Positions 49,097 through 57,958 of a stretch of DNA of 64,000 nucleotides are shown piece after piece. A program made the position numbers and the translations under genes. A model generated the notes under the pieces. The model saw only the letters and a program-made list of their open reading frames with translations, was not told where the DNA came from and ran no database searches. Position 1 is the stretch's first letter; each line of letters begins with the position of its first letter. This stretch comes from an uncultured Spirochaetota bacterium (GTDB lineage Bacteria; Spirochaetota; Brevinematia; Brevinematales; JAOACQ01), in NCBI GenBank assembly GCA_963768055.1, contig CAVYGN010000002.1, positions 544,001-608,000 of the forward strand. The letters are read 5' to 3'.

Positions 49097-50380
49097 ATGA
49101 CTCAAATAGAATCTGCAAAAAAAGGAATTTTTACGCCTGAAATGAAAGTCATATCCGAGGAAGAAAATTTTAACCGCGATCTGCTTATTGAAAAAATTGC
49201 GGCCGGTCAGATAGTAATACTAAAGAATTCAATCCATGATATCAAACCGGTCGGCGTCGGCTCCGGCTTAAGAACCAAGGTCAATGCCAATATTGGCAGT
49301 TCGCCTGAAAAGATGGAACTGGATTTTGAATTGGCTAAACTGGCCGTATCGGAGAAGTACGGCGCCGATACTGTAATGGATTTAAGCCTCGGGGTTATAA
49401 TTAACGAAGTCAGGAAGAAGGTGATTGAAAAATCTTCCATCCCGGTAGGAACTGTGCCGATTTACCAGGCCGGCTTCGAAATTTCAATGAAAAAAAAGAA
49501 GATCCAGGAATTGACAATTGATGACTTTTGTGCAGTTTTAGAATCCCAGGGTGAGGAAGGTGTTGATTTCGTTACAATACATTCAGGGGTGACATTAAAA
49601 TCCTGGGATTATATAAAGCAGAAAAGCCGCCTGCTCGATGTCGTGAGCAGGGGAGGATCAATGCTCTGTGTATGGATGGAACATAATGGCAAAGAAAATC
49701 CATTATATACTCATTTCGATAAAATCCTCGAAATAGCGTATAGGTACGATATGACAATAAGCCTTGGGGATGGAATGAGGCCCGGCGCGACATCGGACGC
49801 GTCGGACAGCGCTCAGATGGAAGAATTAATAACACTTGGAAACCTTGCCCGCAGGGCGCACGAAGCCAATGTACAGGTTATAATAGAAGGTCCCGGTCAT
49901 GTAGCTCTGGATCAGGTTGTCTCGAATATTTTGCTCCAAAAATCCCTGTGCAGCGGTGCGCCATTCTATATTCTTGGCCCCCTGGTCACCGATATCGCAT
50001 CCGGTTACGATCACATTTCAGGGGCCATAGGCGGAGCCCTGGCCGCTTCAGCAGGCGCCGATTTTCTCTGCTATGTTACCCCGGCTGAACACCTCTCGCT
50101 ACCCGATCTTGATGATGTGAAGCAGGGGGTTATAGCAAGCCGCATAGCCGCCCATGCCGCGGATATGGTTAAATACGGAAATAAATTTAAAAAAATAGAC
50201 AATGAAATGTCGCTTGCAAGGAAAAAGCTTGATTGGGAAACAATGTACCGCCTGTCAATAGATCCTGAAAATGCCCGTAAAAGAAGGGAAATGAGCGGTG
50301 CAGTTTCCAAGGATTACTGTACTATGTGCGGGGAATTCTGCAGCGTGCGTGCACTCAACCGGATTGAAAATTTATTCTAA
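49097..50380 (+). CDS. thiC: Phosphomethylpyrimidine synthase
   Basis: TKVNANIG, VSRGGS, EGPGH, GYDHI, CTMCG..C. Confidence 0.95.
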   Translation: MTQIESAKKGIFTPEMKVISEEENFNRDLLIEKIAAGQIVILKNSIHDIKPVGVGSGLRTKVNANIGSSPEKMELDFELAKLAVSEKYGADTVMDLSLGVIINEVRKKVIEKSSIPVGTVPIYQAGFEISMKKKKIQELTIDDFCAVLESQGEEGVDFVTIHSGVTLKSWDYIKQKSRLLDVVSRGGSMLCVWMEHNGKENPLYTHFDKILEIAYRYDMTISLGDGMRPGATSDASDSAQMEELITLGNLARRAHEANVQVIIEGPGHVALDQVVSNILLQKSLCSGAPFYILGPLVTDIASGYDHISGAIGGALAASAGADFLCYVTPAEHLSLPDLDDVKQGVIASRIAAHAADMVKYGNKFKKIDNEMSLARKKLDWETMYRLSIDPENARKRREMSGAVSKDYCTMCGEFCSVRALNRIENLF

Positions 50381-50484
50381 TGGCGAAGCGCCCAAATATC
50401 TTATTCTTCCGCTTTTTGACATTTTTTCTAAATATATTATACTCTAAACAACTTTAAATAAAAACATACCCTCATTAAGGATAA

Positions 50485-51531
50485 ATGAAAATGGATAACA
50501 AGATACTCCAAAAAAGCAACCTGGATAATTTCATAACAGCTCTGAATGTTAAAATGAAGGTGGTTGCCCCGGTAAAAAGAGGATTCAACAATTACAGTTT
50601 TGAAGAGGTTAAAAATTCAAGCGAGATTTCTCTTAAATATATTCCGACAGTGCTTCCTCCGAAAAAATATTTTATGCCGCAGCACGAAACCCTTATAGAA
50701 TATGACACGAAAGCAGGCCAGAAAATGCAGGCGGTCGTGGAATTCGATAAAATGGCCCTTTTCGGGGTCCATACATGCGATTTAGCAGGCATTCAATGCC
50801 TTGACATAGTCTTCTCGGACAGGCCACGCGACCTCAATTATCAAACGCATCGTAAAGAAATTTTCATTATCGGGATAGAATGCAATGAATACTGCGATTC
50901 TTTCGCGAACTGCGCCATGATGGATACGCACATGCCGAGCGGCGGATATGACCTTTTCTTTACCGACCTGGGGAATTATTTTATGGTAAACATACACACA
51001 CAGGCCGGGGAGGACCTGATCAACGAGACAAGCCTTTTCGATGAAACTGGTCCGCCGCATATTAAAGATCTTGAAGCGATGAGATCAAAAAAAAGAGAGA
51101 TATTCAGAAATGAGGTTGACATAAACAGGAACGAGTTGCCGGATCTTTTTGTCAAGGGATTCGAATCCCATGTCTGGAATGATATCGGTAATCGCTGCCT
51201 GGCCTGCGGAAACTGCACGAATGTCTGCCCGACCTGTTACTGCTTCGACGTCGACGATATACCTAACCTTGATTTGAAAACCGGAAAGCGGGTCCGGGTA
51301 TGGGATTCCTGCCAGAGCGAACCTTTCGCGAAAGTTGCGGGCGGTGAAAGTTTCAGAAAAGAAAGAAGCGATAGGAAACGGCACAGATTCAACCGTAAAT
51401 TTAAATATCCGGTCGACCGTTATAATCATTTCTTCTGTACGGGCTGTGGCAGATGCAGCAGGACATGCATGGCCAAGATCAATTTAAAAGAAACAATCCG
51501 CCAGTTATATCAGGAGTGCCGGAATATATGA
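50485..51531 (+). CDS. Group 3b NiFe (sulf)hydrogenase beta subunit (4Fe-4S)
   Basis: CLACGNCTNVCPTCYCF, RVWDSC, CTGCGRCSRTC. Confidence 0.9.
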   Translation: MKMDNKILQKSNLDNFITALNVKMKVVAPVKRGFNNYSFEEVKNSSEISLKYIPTVLPPKKYFMPQHETLIEYDTKAGQKMQAVVEFDKMALFGVHTCDLAGIQCLDIVFSDRPRDLNYQTHRKEIFIIGIECNEYCDSFANCAMMDTHMPSGGYDLFFTDLGNYFMVNIHTQAGEDLINETSLFDETGPPHIKDLEAMRSKKREIFRNEVDINRNELPDLFVKGFESHVWNDIGNRCLACGNCTNVCPTCYCFDVDDIPNLDLKTGKRVRVWDSCQSEPFAKVAGGESFRKERSDRKRHRFNRKFKYPVDRYNHFFCTGCGRCSRTCMAKINLKETIRQLYQECRNI

Positions 51532-52364
51532 ATAAAATAACGATTAATAATTCAAGCTATGAGATTAAACGTGCAAAAATCATAAAATCAAAGAATATGA
51601 CAGATACAGAAAAGCTTTTTGAAGTAAGCCTGTTTAACGGCGAAAGCCTCGATCATGAGCCAGGACAGTTTATCGAAGCGTCCCTTTTCGGGGCAGGAGA
51701 AGCTCCAATATCGATCGCTTCCTCGCCGACAAAGAGAGATTCTTTTGAACTTTGTGTAAGGGCCATAGGGAAATTCACTACAGCAATGCACCGTCTTGAC
51801 GCCGGGGATGAAATAGGAATCAGAGGGCCTTTCGGAAAGGGGTTCCCTATCCGTCTTCTTTTCGGTAAAGATTTAGTTCTTATAGCCGGGGGGCTGGGAA
51901 TAGCCCCTCTCAGATCTTTGATAAATTTTGTAATGGATAACCGCCGTGATTTCGGAAAAGTCGATATGCTTCTTGGCTGCAAAACTCCCCAGAATATGCT
52001 GTTCGGAGACGAAGTTGAAAAATGGTCCCAAAGGATGGACGTGAACTTCAACTGCTCTGTCGACCAGGCATCCCCCGAATGGGCCGGTAATGTCGGTCTT
52101 ATCACTTCATTGATCCCGGGCGTAACTATCGTGCCGGACAGGACCTTCGCGGTAGTAGTCGGCCCACCTGTCATGTATAAATTCGTTATTAAAGAATTGA
52201 TAGCAAAAAATATTCCTGAAAATCAGATACTCATTTCCCTTGAAAGACATATGAAATGCGGTCTGGGTAAATGCGGCCACTGCCAGATCCACAGCATATA
52301 CTGTTGTCAGGACGGGCCTGTTTTCCCCTATGACATGATCAAGAATTTAAAAGGGGCGATTTAA
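51528..52364 (+). CDS. Group 3b NiFe hydrogenase gamma subunit (FAD/NAD(P)-binding)
   Basis: GEAPISIAS, RGPFGKGF, AGGLGIAP, ERHMKCGLGKCGHC. Confidence 0.9.
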   Translation: MNKITINNSSYEIKRAKIIKSKNMTDTEKLFEVSLFNGESLDHEPGQFIEASLFGAGEAPISIASSPTKRDSFELCVRAIGKFTTAMHRLDAGDEIGIRGPFGKGFPIRLLFGKDLVLIAGGLGIAPLRSLINFVMDNRRDFGKVDMLLGCKTPQNMLFGDEVEKWSQRMDVNFNCSVDQASPEWAGNVGLITSLIPGVTIVPDRTFAVVVGPPVMYKFVIKELIAKNIPENQILISLERHMKCGLGKCGHCQIHSIYCCQDGPVFPYDMIKNLKGAI

Positions 52365-52365
52365 T

Positions 52366-53112
52366 ATGAAAAAACCAAAGGTGGCTTTCTTCGACTTCGC
52401 CTGCTGCGAGGGATGCCAGCTTCAAATAGCCAACATGGGTGAGAAATTGCTGGACTTACTCGATTCCGTCGAGGTAGTTGAATTCAGGGAAGTCATGTCG
52501 GAAAAATGGGACCAGAGTTACGACATCGCCATAATCGAGGGCAGCATAACAACCCCTCATGCAGTTGAATTGATAAAAGAAATCCGCCGCCGTTCAAAGA
52601 TAATAATAGCCTACGGCTCTTGCGCCACAATCGCCGGCGTAAACGGTATGAAAAACAACTATAAACTCGAGGAAATACGTAAATACGTATACGGCGACGA
52701 TTACAAATATATTGATACAATCCCCACTAAGCCCGTCCACCAGGTTATCCAGGTTGATTACTTCGTCCATAACTGTCCTATTTATCCCCCGGAATTCCTG
52801 GAAGTTTTAAAAGCCGCTCTGGCCGGCCTGCCTTATCATGTTCCGGATAAAGCGGTCTGCGTTGAATGTAAATTGAACGAAAACGTTTGCATGTACGACA
52901 AGGGAGTCACCTGCCTGGGCCCCATAACACGTGCAGGCTGCAATTCATGGTGCATTAACAACGGAAACATATGCTACGGATGCAGGGGAATGGTTTCCAA
53001 TCCCAACAAGAACGGATTCCAGGAAGTGCTTGATAGTTATAACATTTCCCTTGACTTTATCATGAAAAAAATGGATATGTACAATAAATGCAGGGAGAAT
53101 GACAAGAAATGA
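52366..53112 (+). CDS. Group 3b NiFe hydrogenase small (delta) subunit
   Basis: CCEGC, GSCA, CP, CVEC, CLGP.TRAGC, CYGCRG. Confidence 0.92.
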   Translation: MKKPKVAFFDFACCEGCQLQIANMGEKLLDLLDSVEVVEFREVMSEKWDQSYDIAIIEGSITTPHAVELIKEIRRRSKIIIAYGSCATIAGVNGMKNNYKLEEIRKYVYGDDYKYIDTIPTKPVHQVIQVDYFVHNCPIYPPEFLEVLKAALAGLPYHVPDKAVCVECKLNENVCMYDKGVTCLGPITRAGCNSWCINNGNICYGCRGMVSNPNKNGFQEVLDSYNISLDFIMKKMDMYNKCRENDKK

Positions 53113-54437
53113 GTGAAAAAAACATTAAAATAAAAGTCGAATACCTGACGCGTGTTGAAGGCCATGGAAACATTGTGGTTGATGTGAAGGATGGAAGGCT
53201 GGAAAAGTGCGAACTCAATATTGTCGAAGCGCCCCGTTTTTTCGAGGGGATGCTTCTGGGCCGGTCAATTTTTGAAGCCCAGCATATTACCTCCCGCATC
53301 TGCGGGATTTGCGCCTGCGGGCATACCCTGGCCTCGATCCAGGCGGCGGAAGACGCCATAGGATTCACCCCTTCGGACCAGACAAAAATACTAAGGCGCC
53401 TGCTCCTGAACATGGAAATTCTGGACAGCCATATTCTTCATATATATCTTCTTGTAGCCCCTGATCTTCTTGGCGTTAAAAGTTTCATCCCGCTTATTGA
53501 TTTGCATAATTCAGTAGTCCGCCGGGCCCTGCGTATGAAAAAAACCTGCAACGATATCTGTGAAATTCTTGTCGGCCGGCATGTCCACCCTATTTCCTGT
53601 ATTGTAGGCGGTTTTACTAAAATTCCCGGAGAAAGAGAACTCGATCTTATTCATTCACTCTTGAACGGAATGCGGCCTGATATAGATGCGACTGTGGAAC
53701 TATGTTCAACCCTTTCCTTCCCTTCCTTTGAAAGGGAAACAGAATATGTCGCTCTCGTTAGCGACGGCCCGGGTTACCCTCTTCTTGAAGGCGATATCGG
53801 ATCTACAGACGGTATAAGAATGGATAAAAATGATTATAAAAAGGTCACCAATGAATATATGGTCCATCATTCCAGCGCCAAGCGGGCCAGGCTCTCCCGG
53901 GAATCCTATCTCGTAGGTGCGCTTGCCCGTTTTAACCTAAACGGCGATAAATTATCCGGTAAAGCCCTTGATACGGCAAAAAAACTTGGACTAAAGAAAA
54001 AGGTGATTAATCCTTTCCTGAATACTGTAGCCCAGCTTGTGGAATGCGTAGAATGTCTTGAAGATTCCATAAAAATTATTGAAGACCTGAAAAAAACCGG
54101 GACAAATCGGGATGAGGAAATAGTGGTCGGAATCAACGAACAGCGCAGAATACCGGTCAGGGCAGGAAAAGGAGTCGGGGCAGTTGAAGTCCCCCGCGGC
54201 ACCCTGTATCATTATTACGAAGTTGATGAAAACGGAACGATAATAAATGCCGATTGCGTTATCCCTACGTCTCAGAACACCGGCAATATCGAGAGCGACA
54301 TGCGCAAATTCGTCCCTGAAATTCTTGATAAAAGCGAAGAAGAGATAACTCTTGCACTGGAAATGTTAGTCCGGGCCTATGACCCATGCGTTTCATGTTC
54401 GGCTCACTTTCTAGAGGTGAGTTTTGTCAATAGATAA
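53109..54437 (+). CDS. Group 3b NiFe hydrogenase large (alpha) subunit
   Basis: TRVEGHG, RICGIC (L1), EVPRGTL.H, RAYDPCVSCSAH (L2) plus a short C-terminal extension. Confidence 0.95.
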   Translation: MSEKNIKIKVEYLTRVEGHGNIVVDVKDGRLEKCELNIVEAPRFFEGMLLGRSIFEAQHITSRICGICACGHTLASIQAAEDAIGFTPSDQTKILRRLLLNMEILDSHILHIYLLVAPDLLGVKSFIPLIDLHNSVVRRALRMKKTCNDICEILVGRHVHPISCIVGGFTKIPGERELDLIHSLLNGMRPDIDATVELCSTLSFPSFERETEYVALVSDGPGYPLLEGDIGSTDGIRMDKNDYKKVTNEYMVHHSSAKRARLSRESYLVGALARFNLNGDKLSGKALDTAKKLGLKKKVINPFLNTVAQLVECVECLEDSIKIIEDLKKTGTNRDEEIVVGINEQRRIPVRAGKGVGAVEVPRGTLYHYYEVDENGTIINADCVIPTSQNTGNIESDMRKFVPEILDKSEEEITLALEMLVRAYDPCVSCSAHFLEVSFVNR

Positions 54438-56901
54438 AAGGCGGACGATCTGTCTTTTGATTGACTGGCTCAATACTGCCTACCATAACGAAATTCTATC
54501 AGGTATATCCGATTTCACTGAAAAAAACGGTTTGAATTTGATCTGCATAGCAACCGGAAGGCTTGACGCTCCATATGAATGGGAAAAGAACAGGAATATT
54601 TTATTCGGTATTATAAGCCGCCGCAGGATGGACGGACTGATCGTGGTGGCGCCGCCGCTGGCTAATTTCTCGGGGCGCGACCGCCTGGAAACTTTTCTTG
54701 AACGTTACAGGAACTACCCCATGGTCTGCATTGGTGAAAAAATATTAGGTAAACCCTCTGTCCTGACTGATAATACAAAGGGTATGAGGGATTTAATGAA
54801 ACACCTTATCGAACATCATGGCTATAAAAAAATAGCCTATGTATCCGGCCCTCCCGGAAGCACTGACTCTGAAAAACGGTTTAAAGCTTATCGCGATATG
54901 CTGAATGAACATGGGCTGACTTTTGAAGAAAAACTGATTGTGAGCGGTAATTTCGCGTTCAGCTCCGGTAAAGAAGCTGTTAGAATTTTGATGGATGAAA
55001 GGAAAGTTCCGTTTGACGCTATTGTTTCGGCAAACGATTACATGGCCCTTGGGATGATAGATGAAATGCAGTTCCGGGGCCGCTTTGCAGCTGACGTGAT
55101 ACCCGTCACCGGATTTGATGATATAATGGAAAGCCGCAAGACAAAGCTCACAACAGTCAGGCAGCCGATTTACGATCTTGGCCTTTTTGCCGCAGGCCTA
55201 ATCACAAGATGTATGAACGGTGAAAAAGTCCCCGAGGACACTCTCTTTCCCACAGAACTCGTATTAAGGGAGTCATGCGGCTGTTTCTCCGAAAGCTTAA
55301 CCGAACCAAATACCGGAAGTACCAATGTACTCGGCGATATATTTTCCCAGAGTTCATCCGAAATAAGGGAAGACCTGATATCAAGAATAACCGGCCGCGA
55401 TCTGGGCATCGGCAATCTTAATGAAGACTGGGTTTCAGATTCCCTCGGACTATTGTTCGACAGCCTTGTAAGGGTCATCAAAGGTGAAAAATCTGCTGAC
55501 TTCTTTTTGACCTGGAACAGGATCATCAGGGAGACATCCTCGAAAGATATAGGTTTTCCCTTTCTTCATATCTTATTGTCTTTATTCAGAAATTATATTA
55601 TTTCATATATGCCTGACAGGAGGATTCTGATAGAGGCGGAAGATCTCTTTCAGGAAGCCAGGATCATGATAGGAGACATAATCCAGAGGGGCGAATTGAT
55701 CGAAAAGATTATGGACGATTCGAAAATGGAAGATATCAGCGATTTCGCTGCAAGGCTTTCAAATACGTATACTCTTGAAGACCAGTTCTGCGTGCTTTTT
55801 TCAAACCTTCCAACCCTTGGAATCAAAAGCTGCTATATTTCACTTTATGAAAACCCTGAAGACCCGATCCTAACTTCAAAACTGATGTTCGCCTTTAACA
55901 ACGGGGGACGGATAAAACTGCCTGAAGAAGGGAAATCATATCCTACAAACGATATCATTCCCGATGATATTTTTCCTTATGAAAAACCCTTCACACTTAT
56001 TACCGAAAATCTTTTCCAGGGAAAGTCCCAGCTTGGATTTGTTATATTCGAATACGGCCCTAAGAACGCCCAGATATATGAAATATTGAGGGCAAAAATC
56101 AACGACGGCCTGATCGGGACTCTTATGTTCCAGAAAATCCAGAACCAGGCAAAGGACCTTGAAAAGCAGGTTATTGAAAGGACATCTGAACTTTACAGGG
56201 CAAACGCCCAACTCCATCTCGAAATGCAAGAAAAGCAGAAGGCTGAAGAAAAGCTGAAGAAAAGCGAGGAGCGTTTCCGTGAAATGGCTCTTCTTCTGCC
56301 TACGGTGATAGTAGAAACGGATATGAACCTTAATATTATATTTCTAAACAGGGCGGGGATGGAAATCCTGGAAATGAACGAGGAATCCTTGAAAAGCAGG
56401 CGGTCTTTCCTGGAATTTATTATGGGAGAGGACAGGCCGAAAATCGAGGAATACGCCTCTCAGGTAATAACAGGACAGATTATGAATTTTATTGCCTTCA
56501 GGCTTATAAAGAAAGATATGTCGAAAATTACTTTCCTCTCAAAGGCCGACCCTGTATATATCAATAATGTAATAGAGGGAATTCGCTGGAATGCCATTGA
56601 TATTAAGCCTATGATATCATCGGCATTCAAACCCGAAGAATCTTTCTACCGCGATTTCCACTTCACACAGAGGGAAAAAGAAGTCCTTGACTTTGTAATG
56701 CAGGGTTATAAAAACAGGGAGATTGCAGGAAAGCTTTTTATCCAGACCGGATCGGTTAAGGACCATATCACAAGTATTTTTTCAAAAATTGGCGTAAGCA
56801 GCAGGGAAGAATTTTTTGAAAAGATGAAAGATTACCAGTTAAACCGATTCGGATATCAGTCCTTCGTATTCACTCTTCTTAGTAAAATGATGAAAGAATG
56901 A
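54424..56901 (+). CDS. Regulator with LacI-type sugar-binding domain, PAS domain and C-terminal LuxR HTH
   Basis: HHGYKKIAYVSGP, ANDYMALG, GFDD, LTTVRQP; EERFREMA PAS linker; FTQREKEVL..GYKNREIA..L....VKDH...IFSK. Confidence 0.85.
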   Translation: MSIDKRRTICLLIDWLNTAYHNEILSGISDFTEKNGLNLICIATGRLDAPYEWEKNRNILFGIISRRRMDGLIVVAPPLANFSGRDRLETFLERYRNYPMVCIGEKILGKPSVLTDNTKGMRDLMKHLIEHHGYKKIAYVSGPPGSTDSEKRFKAYRDMLNEHGLTFEEKLIVSGNFAFSSGKEAVRILMDERKVPFDAIVSANDYMALGMIDEMQFRGRFAADVIPVTGFDDIMESRKTKLTTVRQPIYDLGLFAAGLITRCMNGEKVPEDTLFPTELVLRESCGCFSESLTEPNTGSTNVLGDIFSQSSSEIREDLISRITGRDLGIGNLNEDWVSDSLGLLFDSLVRVIKGEKSADFFLTWNRIIRETSSKDIGFPFLHILLSLFRNYIISYMPDRRILIEAEDLFQEARIMIGDIIQRGELIEKIMDDSKMEDISDFAARLSNTYTLEDQFCVLFSNLPTLGIKSCYISLYENPEDPILTSKLMFAFNNGGRIKLPEEGKSYPTNDIIPDDIFPYEKPFTLITENLFQGKSQLGFVIFEYGPKNAQIYEILRAKINDGLIGTLMFQKIQNQAKDLEKQVIERTSELYRANAQLHLEMQEKQKAEEKLKKSEERFREMALLLPTVIVETDMNLNIIFLNRAGMEILEMNEESLKSRRSFLEFIMGEDRPKIEEYASQVITGQIMNFIAFRLIKKDMSKITFLSKADPVYINNVIEGIRWNAIDIKPMISSAFKPEESFYRDFHFTQREKEVLDFVMQGYKNREIAGKLFIQTGSVKDHITSIFSKIGVSSREEFFEKMKDYQLNRFGYQSFVFTLLSKMMKE

Positions 56902-56927
56902 TCATTTCACATTAATTTTCTTTAGTC

Positions 56928-56988
56928 CCTACCTATAGTCGGCTATAATCCCCCCCTATGGTCTGGTAATAATCCGACCTTCGGGATA
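56928..56988. promoter_or_regulatory. Three degenerate palindromic boxes at a 23-bp period (putative operators)
   Basis: CCTACCTATAGTCGG (56928), CCCCCCTATGGTCTG (56951), CCGACCTTCGGGATA (56974). Confidence 0.5.
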
Positions 56989-57091
56989 TTTTATTTTTCG
57001 CAGGATAAATTAAAATATCACTGCGAAAAAAGTTAACTTGCGCAAAAGAAAATCCTCAAATGAATTATTACAAAAAGACCCCCTAGACACA

Positions 57092-57147
57092 CCCCCATGA
57101 AAGGGAAGCGGAGACAAGACCGCTGCCCGCTTTGTGGGGGATTTTTT
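57092..57147 (+). terminator. GC-rich imperfect hairpin followed by a T-run
   Basis: CCCCCA..AAAG..AGCGG/CCGCT..CTTT..TGGGGG then ATTTTTT. Confidence 0.5.
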
Positions 57148-57148
57148 A

Positions 57149-57250
57149 TGGTCGAATCGATTAATATGCAAATCTCTTTTATGGAGTCAATTTTTATCCC
57201 GCTGGATTCGAAAACTTGAACTGCATCATCTCAAAACGGCGGCAAGCGCT
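57149..57250 (+). repeat. Rod-like hairpin repeat element, half copy D (5' arm)
   Basis: ATGGAGTCAATTTTTA...CTTGAACTGC...AAAACGGC..CAAGCGCT, immediately followed by copy E. Confidence 0.75.
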
Positions 57251-57515
57251 GGGGGCCGAACTGATCAATATGCAGATTACTTTATGAAGTAAATTTTTTT
57301 ACCGCGCTGAGTTCACAAGCTTGAACTGCAATGCTTTAAAACTGTCGCAAGCGCTGATGGAATTCTTTTTTAATAAAAAATTATTTTATCAATATGAGAT
57401 TATTAAAATATAACGTGCGGCCTCAGTTAAGCGCTTGCTCCAGTTTTTCAGCGGCAGTTCTTACGCTTGCTCATAACGCGCGTAAAAAATTTAACTTCAA
57501 ATAACCTTCATATTG
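57251..57515 (+). repeat. Rod-like hairpin repeat element, copy E
   Basis: Starts GGGGGCCGAACTGATCAATATGCA like copy A; TGAAGTAAATTTTTTTACCGCGC / GCGCGTAAAAAATTTAACTTCA. Confidence 0.8.
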
Positions 57516-57574
57516 TCATTAATTCGGAGGAATAGGACCGAGAATTTGATTGTCGTTTTTTAATGGCCTGAAGC

Positions 57575-57674
57575 GTCATTTCGAGCGAAGCGTTTATCCT
57601 GTAAGGGAGAAATCTCTCCAAGGGAAGATTTCTCGTCCCCCTACGGGGTTAAACGCTATGCTCCTCGAAATGAC
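57575..57674. repeat. REP-like nested palindrome (GTCATTTCGAG...GAGAAATCT type)
   Basis: GTCATTTCGAG/CTCGAAATGAC, AGCGTTTA/TAAACGCT and GAGAAATCT/AGATTTCTC nested stems. Confidence 0.7.
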
Positions 57675-57786
57675 ATAGCGGGTAAAAACAGACAATATTA
57701 AACAACTGATTTTAAAATCCAGGAAATTATTTGTTTTTTTAAAAGCCTGGCAATATAATTACTATTCTATATTTATCTGTTTTTAC

Positions 57787-57859
57787 GGGGATGTAGCTCA
57801 GTTGGGAGAGCACTACAATGGCATTGTAGGGGCCGTGGGTTCAATTCCCATCATCTCCA
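57787..57859 (+). tRNA. tRNA-Ala(GGC)
   Basis: Acceptor stem GGGGATG/CATCTCC with G3:U70; anticodon arm CTACA-ATGGCAT-TGTAG; GGTTCAATT T-loop; CCA not encoded. Confidence 0.96.
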
Positions 57860-57861
57860 AT

Positions 57862-57893
57862 AGCCGGCTGTAATTTTGCAGCCGGCTTTTTTT
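57862..57893 (+). terminator. Rho-independent terminator
   Basis: AGCCGGCTG / CAGCCGGCT followed by a T-run. Confidence 0.85.
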
Positions 57894-57958
57894 ATGATGC
57901 CTCAAAAACTTTATTTTAAAAATAAATTGGGCTATAATAGAAAATATTGGAATATAAT

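Noticed and set aside
48255..49100. TPP riboswitch before thiD/thiC
   Set aside because: The intergenic gaps are only about 10 nt and no aptamer motif is seen.
57787..57859. tRNA-Ala as an integration site of an island
   Set aside because: I saw no integrase and no duplicated tRNA 3' end; a terminator and metabolic genes follow.
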